NCBI GenBank assembly: GCA_965204375.1
Contig: OZ241986.1
Span: forward strand, 3,456,001-3,520,000
Direction: 5' to 3'
Length of the DNA: 64,000 nucleotides
Origin: Candidatus Latescibacterota bacterium
GTDB lineage: Bacteria > Latescibacterota > UBA2968
Positions 28,754 through 37,398 of the stretch are shown one piece after another; the first letter of the stretch is position 1, and each line of letters starts with the position of its first letter. The position numbers were made by a program, and so were the translations under genes. Below the pieces are notes generated by a model, which saw nothing but the letters and a program-made list of their open reading frames with translations, did no database searches and had not been told where the DNA came from.

Positions 28754-30823
28754 ATGAATGCAATACGCAGGCTTCTCCCACTCTGGGTGATGTGCCTCGT
28801 GCTGATGTTGCCGGAGGTTGTAAATGCTCAGGTGCCCGAAAGCCAACTCGTGGGCAACAACCCAATTGAGTTTACCGCCGGAAGATTGTGGTGGGGCACG
28901 AGTACCGCGGCGAATTACGCAGAAACGGCGATTCCCAACGTCCTTTCATATCCTGGCTATTATCAAGCACCGGATCATATGGACATGATTGCGCCCTGGA
29001 TCTGGGTCAACAATCAGGGGCGACGGGTCAAGATCAATTTGACAGAACGAAGCATTGTGTCTTTTGGCGGTGCCGTAACGCCCATGGTAAACAATTACAA
29101 TTACAATTTCGTGGGACCAGGCGGCACCAACGAGGCCGAGCAATGGGGCGAAGGGGTTTTCCAGACGTTCAAAATGAATCCAGCCAGCCCGGCCGATCCG
29201 ATGGGAGCAATGCAGATCACCACCAAAACAATGGTGTGGAGTGTGCCCAAATACGACGATTTTGTCATCCACAAGATCAAGATCAAACATGTGGATGATG
29301 TACCATTTGAAGATTTCTACATGTGTTTTCCCGCTCAGGTTCAGTACAACAACGGTCAACTCGTGAACAACGCCTTCAAGTTCAAGAACGACATGCAATT
29401 CGACTGGGATCCGGAACGGAAAGTTTTCATATTCTACGACGATGTGCAGTGGCCGACCACGGAAAGCGCGCCCATTTCGTTTAACATATTCGAGCCGCCG
29501 GGAGACGTGACCGGCGATGGGGGCGACCCCGGCAATATCACCGAGGCCGGGTCTCTGGATCGCAGACTCTACGAACCAGAAGCCCGGGCATGGGGCATTC
29601 TAAATCTGACTTACAACGGTCAGCCCGAAGAACCCCATTACAATATCCTCGCTGCGGCTGAATCCGCAACACGGACGGGCAACTTCGCGGGCAGGATGAG
29701 CGATGCTCGCGTACCAGCGCGCGAATCCGGACGTCTGTGGGCAGGGCAAAGCTGGGAACAGGATTTGCTGGCATTTTCACACGATCAGGAGCGGGCGAGT
29801 TGGATTGACCTCTGGAACGACCCATCCCGTCCCAAAGACGGATCAGTGGATGGCAATCTCTTCGAGCGATCCCCCATGCTGTATTCCTACATTGGTCCCT
29901 ACAATTTTCAGCCCGGCGATGAAATTGAACTGATCATCCTCTATTGTTTTGGCGAGATGGACCGCAATGTGTCGCAACGCGGCGGATTAGAAGCCGCACA
30001 ACGATACCAGGCAGAAGGTATTGCTGCGTTGAAGCAAAACTGGGATTCGGCTCTGGAATTGATCGCCAACAACTACAAGCTGCCCGCCGATCAGTATCCG
30101 CCCCCTCTTGTGGGAACCCAGCCATTTGTCGAAGACGGATATCCCAAGCTGGAGGCTGAGCCATTTGCCGACGCCAGTACTGGAAAGCAGGGTTTCACCT
30201 TAACCTGGCAAGCCGTTCCAGACAATTACCAGGACCCGGGCACAGGTGAAAATGACTTTGCCGGATATCGGGTTTACCGATCAGAAATTCACATCACGGG
30301 TCCCTGGGAACTGCTTGAGGATATTTCCGCTTCAGAAGCCGCAGCTTATAAGCAGGGCGATAAGATCGCTTTTCAAGTCGAGACCGACCCCGGTATCCCC
30401 TTCCGCTTTGCGGTGACCTCCTACGATAGGCACGGACTGGAAAGCGGCATAACGGCCTATACGTTTTTCGCTACGGAAGCTCCCAAGGCGCCTTCGGATG
30501 ATATGACCCAGATCCGCGTGGTGCCCAATCCCTTCCGGCAGCGAAGCGGGTTGCTGGATGCATCTCAGAACAATCGCCTGGCTTTTGTAAATATCCCGGC
30601 CAAATGCACCATCCGGATTTACACGCTTGCGGGCGATTTAATAAAAATTATTGAACACGATGGTTTTGGAGAAACCACCTGGGGCAGTCAGGCCAATGGC
30701 AATTATCTCCAGACGGACTTTTCCGAAAGCCCAGCAGCCGGGCTTTACATCTATCACGTAACATCTCACGTAGCGGGACAAGAAGGCCAGTCTCACGTTG
30801 GGAAATTCATGATCATTCGATAA
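28754..30823 (+). CDS. large secreted protein with T9SS type-A-like C-terminal sorting domain (module 1)
   Basis: SPI signal ending NA-Q, FN3-like DFAGYRVYRS, C-terminal IRVVPNPF...IRIYTLAGDLI...GLYIYHV...GKFMIIR. Confidence 0.8.
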   Translation: MNAIRRLLPLWVMCLVLMLPEVVNAQVPESQLVGNNPIEFTAGRLWWGTSTAANYAETAIPNVLSYPGYYQAPDHMDMIAPWIWVNNQGRRVKINLTERSIVSFGGAVTPMVNNYNYNFVGPGGTNEAEQWGEGVFQTFKMNPASPADPMGAMQITTKTMVWSVPKYDDFVIHKIKIKHVDDVPFEDFYMCFPAQVQYNNGQLVNNAFKFKNDMQFDWDPERKVFIFYDDVQWPTTESAPISFNIFEPPGDVTGDGGDPGNITEAGSLDRRLYEPEARAWGILNLTYNGQPEEPHYNILAAAESATRTGNFAGRMSDARVPARESGRLWAGQSWEQDLLAFSHDQERASWIDLWNDPSRPKDGSVDGNLFERSPMLYSYIGPYNFQPGDEIELIILYCFGEMDRNVSQRGGLEAAQRYQAEGIAALKQNWDSALELIANNYKLPADQYPPPLVGTQPFVEDGYPKLEAEPFADASTGKQGFTLTWQAVPDNYQDPGTGENDFAGYRVYRSEIHITGPWELLEDISASEAAAYKQGDKIAFQVETDPGIPFRFAVTSYDRHGLESGITAYTFFATEAPKAPSDDMTQIRVVPNPFRQRSGLLDASQNNRLAFVNIPAKCTIRIYTLAGDLIKIIEHDGFGETTWGSQANGNYLQTDFSESPAAGLYIYHVTSHVAGQEGQSHVGKFMIIR

Positions 30824-30835
30824 ACGGAGGCTATA

Positions 30836-31909
30836 ATGAAACGTTGTACATTTAAATGGACAATGGTCCCGATCCTTTTGCTCGTACTGGGATTTGCAAG
30901 TGAGGGGTTCGCGCAGCGGCGGTTCGAGGCAGAGGTAGGCCCAGGCGTCGAGGCTCTACCCTATAGTCGTGTGGGACGGTCGGGCTGGCAATTTGCCAAA
31001 TTGCCCACCTCGGCGCGCATGGCGAGTCTGGGAGGTATTGCAACGGTATTGAGCAAGGCAGACGCCAACGCCGCATTGACCAATCCAGCTACAATCTCAG
31101 ACATAACAAATATCAGCCTTTCGGGCAGCAACATGAACTGGATTGCCGACATCACCTATTATTCCGGTGCCGTGGTCAAAAACTTTGACCAGTGGGGTGT
31201 CTTCGGTCTCAGCATCAGTACCCTCGATTACGGGGATATGGTACGCACGGAAAACCAGGAACTATTTGGTCCCGATGGCGAAACACTGGGCCGCACCCAG
31301 CCCGTTATAGAAGGCTTGGGCACGTTTTCGGGTGGCGACCTCGCCGTGGGCTTCAATTACGGTCGGCGCATCACAGACCGCTTGCAGGTGGGCGGCACGG
31401 CGAAGTACTTTCAGGAAACCTTAGACGATGCCACCACTGGCAACTGGGCGATTGATATCGGCACGTACTATCACACCGGCATCAAAAGCCTGCGGATAGC
31501 CATGCTCGGGCAGAATTTCGGTCCCGATACCGAGTTCACCAAATACGACGAACAGATCCAAATCCCACCATCGCAAGTGCGAATGCCCATGGTATTCAAA
31601 CTCGGTGCGGCTTTTGATCTGGTCGAACAGTCAGAGGATCAGCCTCATCTCCTCACAGTGGCAACCGAGTTTACGCATCCCAATGACGGCGACGAAAAAA
31701 TGCACATAGCCGCCGAATACGGATTGCGAAACCTGGCCTATATCCGCGGCGGGTACCGCTTCAACTACGACGAAGAGGGCCTCACCGCTGGCGGGGGCCT
31801 CAATCTGAAGCGCGATCAATACGGGATCAGCGTGGATTACGCCTATATGGAATTTGGCCGTCTGGGTTCAGTACATGTCGTGACGGTCGGATTTGACTTT
31901 GGGAACTAA
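30836..31909 (+). CDS. PorV/PorQ-family outer-membrane beta-barrel (module 1)
   Basis: FAKLPTSARMASLGG...NPA, DIG, NFG, RGGY, DYAY; 357 aa with signal peptide. Confidence 0.85.
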   Translation: MKRCTFKWTMVPILLLVLGFASEGFAQRRFEAEVGPGVEALPYSRVGRSGWQFAKLPTSARMASLGGIATVLSKADANAALTNPATISDITNISLSGSNMNWIADITYYSGAVVKNFDQWGVFGLSISTLDYGDMVRTENQELFGPDGETLGRTQPVIEGLGTFSGGDLAVGFNYGRRITDRLQVGGTAKYFQETLDDATTGNWAIDIGTYYHTGIKSLRIAMLGQNFGPDTEFTKYDEQIQIPPSQVRMPMVFKLGAAFDLVEQSEDQPHLLTVATEFTHPNDGDEKMHIAAEYGLRNLAYIRGGYRFNYDEEGLTAGGGLNLKRDQYGISVDYAYMEFGRLGSVHVVTVGFDFGN

Positions 31910-32085
31910 CGACGGGAAGGTATCCGCAGATAGACGCAGATAAAGGCGGATGAAAGGCGAAAGGCAAACCTTTCTGGATCGCCTGCCTGTGCATTGCACG
32001 CAGACAGGCGGCTAAAACCAGGCCGCTATGACGCATGCCTCGCCCCTACATCCGTGTTCATCCGTGGCTATTTTTGTTTTCACAC

Positions 32086-32128
32086 AGGCGCCTGACGGAG
32101 TACACTTATCCGTCGGCGCCTATTTTTT
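32086..32128 (+). terminator. intrinsic terminator-like hairpin after porV-1
   Basis: aggcgcc-tgacgga...tccgtc-ggcgcct followed by atttttt; 32/35 identical copy at 34202-34236. Confidence 0.7.
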
Positions 32129-32164
32129 ATCCAAAAATGTAAATGGGAAGATCCCCTTTTATTT

Positions 32165-34147
32165 ATGGCCCAATTACAAAGCGTTGAAACTTTAGAGACA
32201 GAGAGCCGGGTGCGTAAAACCGCTGTATTGGCTATGGTTGGCACGCTGGTATTCACATGTGCGATGTCAACCTATGTGGAACTGAGCACGCGATCCGGTC
32301 TCCTGGCAATGTCCAATCTGCCAATGACCGTATTATTGCCCTTTGTATTCTGGCTCCTGGGCAATTCCGTATTGAAGCGTTTTTGGCCCCGACTGTCCCT
32401 GTCCGCAACAGAGATGCGGATACTATTTTGCCTCTTGTGGGTCGGCGGCTTATTTGCCGGTTTTAACTGGGCAACGCAGTGGGCTGGCATGATGGCCGCA
32501 CCGCGTTATTTTGCATCGCCAGAGAACCGCTGGGAAGAACTGTACTTTGACGACTTGCCCAATTGGATGCTGCCGTTAAACACTCCGGGTGTGGTCGATG
32601 GCTTCTATCAAGGAATATGGTCCGGCGTACCCTGGGGCGCGTGGTTGGGACCGATCTTCTGGGCGGGATCCATCGCCCTTGCAATCACGGCAGTCGGATT
32701 GGGATTAACCGCATTATTCCAAAAACAATGGGCGCAACACGAGCGATTGGTCTATCCCCTCGCCGAAGTCTCCCTGGAACTCACCGAAGGATTTGACCGA
32801 AAACCGGGTTGGCCTGCCTTTATGCAAAACAAAGCATTTTGGGCGGGATTTTTTATCGCAGCACTCCCCCTCTTGTGGAACATCGCAGAATACTTCATCC
32901 CCGATTTTCCCCGCATTGCAATTTTTGACCCCATGTTCGGGCGAACCGGACGCAGAGGGGCACCCCTATCCCGATATTTGCCGCCATTTGCCTTCTCCTA
33001 TCGCATCCTGCCCACGCTGATGGGATTTACTTTTCTGTGCGATCTGAACATCCTGTTCAGCATCTGGTCGGTTTATCTCGTAGGGCTGGGGGCACAATAC
33101 GCCATGAACCGCGTGGGGTTCACAGTGGGAATGAGCGGGCAAGAAGCCGATGCGGGCGTCATAGTAAACCTTTTCTCGAACGGGGCGATGCTGGGACTGG
33201 CTCTCTGGGCAATATGGGCAGCACGCGGGCATCTGAAACGCGTCTGGAGACAGGTTCGCAGTCCAGTTGCAGGAGAAGCCCCCGAAACAATGATCCTGTC
33301 TCCGCGTAGCACTTTGCTGGTGCTTGCAAGTGGATTGCTCTATATGGCATTCTGGCTCTATCAGTCGGGCAACAGCCCATCAACGCTGATATTGTGGATG
33401 GCGGCATTCTGGATCGGCCTTTTTGTATCCATGAAGCTCGTGGCTGCCACTGGCTTCGCCTATTTATTTCCCTTTTGGGCAGGAGGAACAACCATACTGG
33501 GCGATATGTTTGTGGGCACGCGCAATATGTCCACACCCACGCTGGTAAGCACACACATGGTCAATCACCGTTTGCTGGCAGGCTGGCGCGTACCAACGGC
33601 ACTGCCCAATATAGAACGGACCATGGCGAGATCCACTAAGACAAACCGATTGATCTGGATCGGCGTCCTCCTCGGCGTGATCATCGGCGCTTCTTATACA
33701 GTCTGGCTGTGTTATACCTGGGGCGGAGCCAGCTTTCATTCCTGGGCACTGGAAGGTTCTGCACGCGAACGGTACAATATTATTGCCGGAGCGGTTGGCG
33801 ATACAGACCGATCTGTTCCAGACCTGGAAAAAACAGGCGTGTATTTATTGGGCACCCTGGGCGCGCTAATATTTGCCGTACTTCAGGCGAGAATCCCCTG
33901 GTGGCCCCTCCATCCCATGGGATTGATGGTGATGTATAGCTGGTACATGCGCATTTATATTCTGGACATTTTCCTGGTATGGCTGGCCAAATTGCTGGTT
34001 TTGAAATTCGGCGGGATCTTGCTCTACCGGCGGGTGCTCCCGTGTTGTTATGGGTTAATCGTGGGATTTGTATTTGCGATAGGAATCTCATTTCTCGTAG
34101 ATGTGATCTGGTTTCCCGATCAAGGACACGGGGTTCACGGGTGGTAA
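32165..34147 (+). CDS. DUF6785/DUF6784-like polytopic membrane protein, putative transporter (module 1)
   Basis: 660 aa, many TM helices, SPENRW, QWAQHERLVYPLA, WWPLHPMG motifs. Confidence 0.75.
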   Translation: MAQLQSVETLETESRVRKTAVLAMVGTLVFTCAMSTYVELSTRSGLLAMSNLPMTVLLPFVFWLLGNSVLKRFWPRLSLSATEMRILFCLLWVGGLFAGFNWATQWAGMMAAPRYFASPENRWEELYFDDLPNWMLPLNTPGVVDGFYQGIWSGVPWGAWLGPIFWAGSIALAITAVGLGLTALFQKQWAQHERLVYPLAEVSLELTEGFDRKPGWPAFMQNKAFWAGFFIAALPLLWNIAEYFIPDFPRIAIFDPMFGRTGRRGAPLSRYLPPFAFSYRILPTLMGFTFLCDLNILFSIWSVYLVGLGAQYAMNRVGFTVGMSGQEADAGVIVNLFSNGAMLGLALWAIWAARGHLKRVWRQVRSPVAGEAPETMILSPRSTLLVLASGLLYMAFWLYQSGNSPSTLILWMAAFWIGLFVSMKLVAATGFAYLFPFWAGGTTILGDMFVGTRNMSTPTLVSTHMVNHRLLAGWRVPTALPNIERTMARSTKTNRLIWIGVLLGVIIGASYTVWLCYTWGGASFHSWALEGSARERYNIIAGAVGDTDRSVPDLEKTGVYLLGTLGALIFAVLQARIPWWPLHPMGLMVMYSWYMRIYILDIFLVWLAKLLVLKFGGILLYRRVLPCCYGLIVGFVFAIGISFLVDVIWFPDQGHGVHGW

Positions 34148-34157
34148 TTAAATTTTT

Positions 34158-34188
34158 AAGGGGACCGGATGATCGGTTCCCTTTTTTT
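34158..34188 (+). terminator. intrinsic terminator after the module 1 membrane protein
   Basis: aaggggaccg...cggttccctt followed by a T tract. Confidence 0.75.
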
Positions 34189-34230
34189 ATTCAAAAGAAT
34201 CCACAGGCGTCTGGCGGAGTACACTCATCC

Positions 34231-34374
34231 GTCGGCACACAACTCGCCCTGGACGTACGGACGCGCTATAACGTCATTTTCGGTTACCTGAGGCCGCATC
34301 TGGCCTGGGGAATTGCTCAGACCTCGTTCTTTCAAATGCTGGACCTGGGCGTGGGTCTGAAATACTATTTTTAA
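34231..34374 (+). pseudogene. 3' remnant of an outer-membrane beta-barrel gene
   Basis: VGTQLALDVRTRYNVIFG...LDLGVGLKYYF*: alternating beta strands and a C-terminal aromatic beta-signal, with no 5' part. Confidence 0.65.
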
Positions 34375-34386
34375 GAGGAGGTTGCA

Positions 34387-37359
34387 ATGAGAAGACTTTC
34401 CTTATTAAGTCCTTTTCTGCTACTCCTGATCTGTCTATGTGCGGGAAATGCCTGGAGCGGTACAACGGGCAAGCTCACCGGCGTGGTATTAGATCAACGT
34501 GGGGAGCCACTTCCCGGCGCCAACGTCGTGATCAAAGAAATGCGGCGGGGCGCGAGCACAGATTCGGAAGGCAGATATTTTATTTTATCCGTAGATCCGG
34601 GCACATACCGGGTAGAAGCATCTCTGGTGGGCTATCAGTCCATCGCACAAGAAGATGTGAAGATGATTGTGGATTTTACCACAACGGTGGATTTTCGCCT
34701 GGAGGAAATGGTACTTGAAGGGGCAGAAATCGTAGTTGTGGCCGAGCGGCCCCTTGTTGAGCCGGACAAGACATCGACCAAATACGTGGTGACCTCCGAG
34801 GAGATCGAGGCATTGCCAATGGTGCGCAGTGCATCCGATTTTGCCGAGTTGCAAGGCGGTGTATCCGTAGATGGCAACTGGACGATCCGCGGTGGAGACG
34901 CGCCGGATGCCGCGGTGATTATCGACGGCGTCCGCCTGGTGAACAACGACCTCAGGGGATTTAACCGGTTTATGGGCGTGAACACCAACGCCATTGAGGA
35001 GTTGCAAGTCATCACCGGTGGGATGGAGGCGGAATACGGCAACGCACAGGCCGGGATTATCCGGATCGTGACGCGAGACGGCAGCAGCACATTGAGGGGC
35101 CTGGTAGAATACCGCAACACGCCGCCTTCTAAAAAGCACTGGGGGCCAAATATCTATGAGCACCCGACCGTACTCCAACAGGACCTGCCGGACAACGCCA
35201 CAAAGCTGGACTACACCAGCACCTTAGGGCATGAAGTAGATTTGAGCCTGTCGGGACCGCTGGTGGGTGGTCTGCAATTTTTTGCCAGCACCAAGTGGGA
35301 CGGCAGGGCACCGCGGTTTCCCGGGCCAACAACGCGGGTGCCGTGGAATACGCAGAACCACATGAAGTTAATCCAGCAGGTCAACCCCAATTTGAAGGTG
35401 CGCGTGGGGGGTCTGTTTGAGCGACACAAAGGCTACAACGGCGATTCCCGCGGCATTGGAAGCAGCTTCCGCAATTTGTACCTGCCCGACGATTTTGCCA
35501 CAGCCGGTCACCGGTGGAACCAGGAAGACATGATTTATTTATCAGCCACGCACACGATCACTTCTCGTACGTTTTACGAAATGCGTCTTTCGCGTTCTCA
35601 CAGCAGCATAGAAACGCAGAATGGCCCGACAGCTACTACAAAGTGGACCAGAAACGGTTATTTCAATATGGACCGCGCCTTTTTCCGCCCAGAGGACTCG
35701 GAGCGGATCCGGTGGAATCTGAAGGCGGACCTGTCCAGCCAGATAACGCGCTCCAACCTGATTAAAACGGGTCTGGATATTACGTATTACAACGTGTGGT
35801 GGACCTGGATTCAGCACGCCACTGAAGCGAACCGCACCATAAGGTTTATCGGCCGGGATCACAACATCGGCGAAGGGGTAAAACCCCTGGAAATAGCCCT
35901 GTACCTGCAGGACCGGATCGAATTTGAAGGCATTGTGCTCAATGCCGGCATCCGGTTGGACCGCTTCGACTTCCGCAGGAACGAACCGCATCCCTACCTG
36001 TGGGGCACCACGCCGATGTACGTGGGCCTGTTGCGCTTCCGCAATGCGCCGACCGAACCGGCCGAGCCGATGATTCGATGGAGCCCGCGCCTGGGCATCT
36101 CCCACCCGATTACCGCAAAGTCAACGCTTCGGTTTTTCTACGGCAAGTTCACCCAGCCGTTGCGATTTGACCACTGGTATCAGGAAGAGTGGGATTCCGG
36201 CACCACAGATGACCGCAATGGAGACGGCGTGGTGCAGGACTACGAATGGGGCAGTGGATATGTCAAGACACAGGGCCTGCTCCACGGGCACTCGGCATTC
36301 GCGCCTTATGAGCAGACCACGAGCTTTGAAGTCGGATTGGACTGGAACTTCGTGAGCGACTACGTGTTGAATCTGACCACGTATTACAAGAGCGCGATTG
36401 ACCAGTCGCGCGCGGGCAGCCAGACCAATTATCGCGATCCATTGAAGAACGGAAAAAACATCGTGGGACCTTCCCACAGGATGGCCGGGTATTCAGAGGA
36501 TAGTCGCGGGTTTGAGGTGAGCCTGAAAAAGCGGTTCTCCCACCACTTCGCCTTCCAGGTGGCATATAACGTGCAGTGGGCCACCGAAGACCAGTCGGGC
36601 TGGCGCGGTGCTTCCGCCTTCCCGGACTCGCTATTTATGGTCAGCGGTCTGTTCTGGCGACAACATACCTACGATCCGAATACCGGTATGGAGACACCCG
36701 TGCCAATGTCCGAATCCGAGATCGCGAAATTCGGCGCTCAGGCGAACAAAACCCTGCGCTCCTGGCAAGCTGGCGAAATCAGCCTCGCACCTTTCCGAAA
36801 GTCCTTCCCCGACCTGATGTACGAAGCGCCCAACGGGGGCAAGATGTGGCTCTTCATGACGCTTTCGGGTGGTCGTGAATCCAGGCCGCGCATCAACGCG
36901 GACCAGCGCGCTTTCGGCAGCATCCAGGTACTGGTATCCACCCCTGCGGACTTCGGCCCGACGCTCGGGAAGATAAAACCCCTGGGCAACTGGCGCTCCA
37001 ATGTCATCTATCGCCTGGATACGGGTACGCCGTTCCAGTATTCGCCCCCCGACGGGCCTACAGTGTGGGCAAATTCCCCGCTGCGGACCCGCACGGACAT
37101 GAGTCTGGAACGCAGTTTCTACATCAACCGCTATGAGGCGGTCTTTTACACGGAAATCAGCAATTTGTTCAACACCCAGGACTTGCGCAACAACAACCTG
37201 TTCGACAACAACCAGCCGCCGTTCGACTGGATGCAGTGGGGTTTGACCACACCGCGTCCGGGCAATGCGAAATTTGAGCAGTACGGAGACGAACTTGTGT
37301 TGAACCGGTATATGGGCGCCCCACGACATGTGGTGCTGGGTTTGAGGGTAAAATTCTAA
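34387..37359 (+). CDS. TonB-dependent receptor (module 2)
   Basis: GTTGKLTG..PGANV, IRGG, GGMEAEYGN, SPRLGISHP, terminal GLRVKF. Confidence 0.92.
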   Translation: MRRLSLLSPFLLLLICLCAGNAWSGTTGKLTGVVLDQRGEPLPGANVVIKEMRRGASTDSEGRYFILSVDPGTYRVEASLVGYQSIAQEDVKMIVDFTTTVDFRLEEMVLEGAEIVVVAERPLVEPDKTSTKYVVTSEEIEALPMVRSASDFAELQGGVSVDGNWTIRGGDAPDAAVIIDGVRLVNNDLRGFNRFMGVNTNAIEELQVITGGMEAEYGNAQAGIIRIVTRDGSSTLRGLVEYRNTPPSKKHWGPNIYEHPTVLQQDLPDNATKLDYTSTLGHEVDLSLSGPLVGGLQFFASTKWDGRAPRFPGPTTRVPWNTQNHMKLIQQVNPNLKVRVGGLFERHKGYNGDSRGIGSSFRNLYLPDDFATAGHRWNQEDMIYLSATHTITSRTFYEMRLSRSHSSIETQNGPTATTKWTRNGYFNMDRAFFRPEDSERIRWNLKADLSSQITRSNLIKTGLDITYYNVWWTWIQHATEANRTIRFIGRDHNIGEGVKPLEIALYLQDRIEFEGIVLNAGIRLDRFDFRRNEPHPYLWGTTPMYVGLLRFRNAPTEPAEPMIRWSPRLGISHPITAKSTLRFFYGKFTQPLRFDHWYQEEWDSGTTDDRNGDGVVQDYEWGSGYVKTQGLLHGHSAFAPYEQTTSFEVGLDWNFVSDYVLNLTTYYKSAIDQSRAGSQTNYRDPLKNGKNIVGPSHRMAGYSEDSRGFEVSLKKRFSHHFAFQVAYNVQWATEDQSGWRGASAFPDSLFMVSGLFWRQHTYDPNTGMETPVPMSESEIAKFGAQANKTLRSWQAGEISLAPFRKSFPDLMYEAPNGGKMWLFMTLSGGRESRPRINADQRAFGSIQVLVSTPADFGPTLGKIKPLGNWRSNVIYRLDTGTPFQYSPPDGPTVWANSPLRTRTDMSLERSFYINRYEAVFYTEISNLFNTQDLRNNNLFDNNQPPFDWMQWGLTTPRPGNAKFEQYGDELVLNRYMGAPRHVVLGLRVKF

Positions 37360-37398
37360 CGGCGACAATTTGTTGTCTCAATTAAAGGAGGTAGGACA

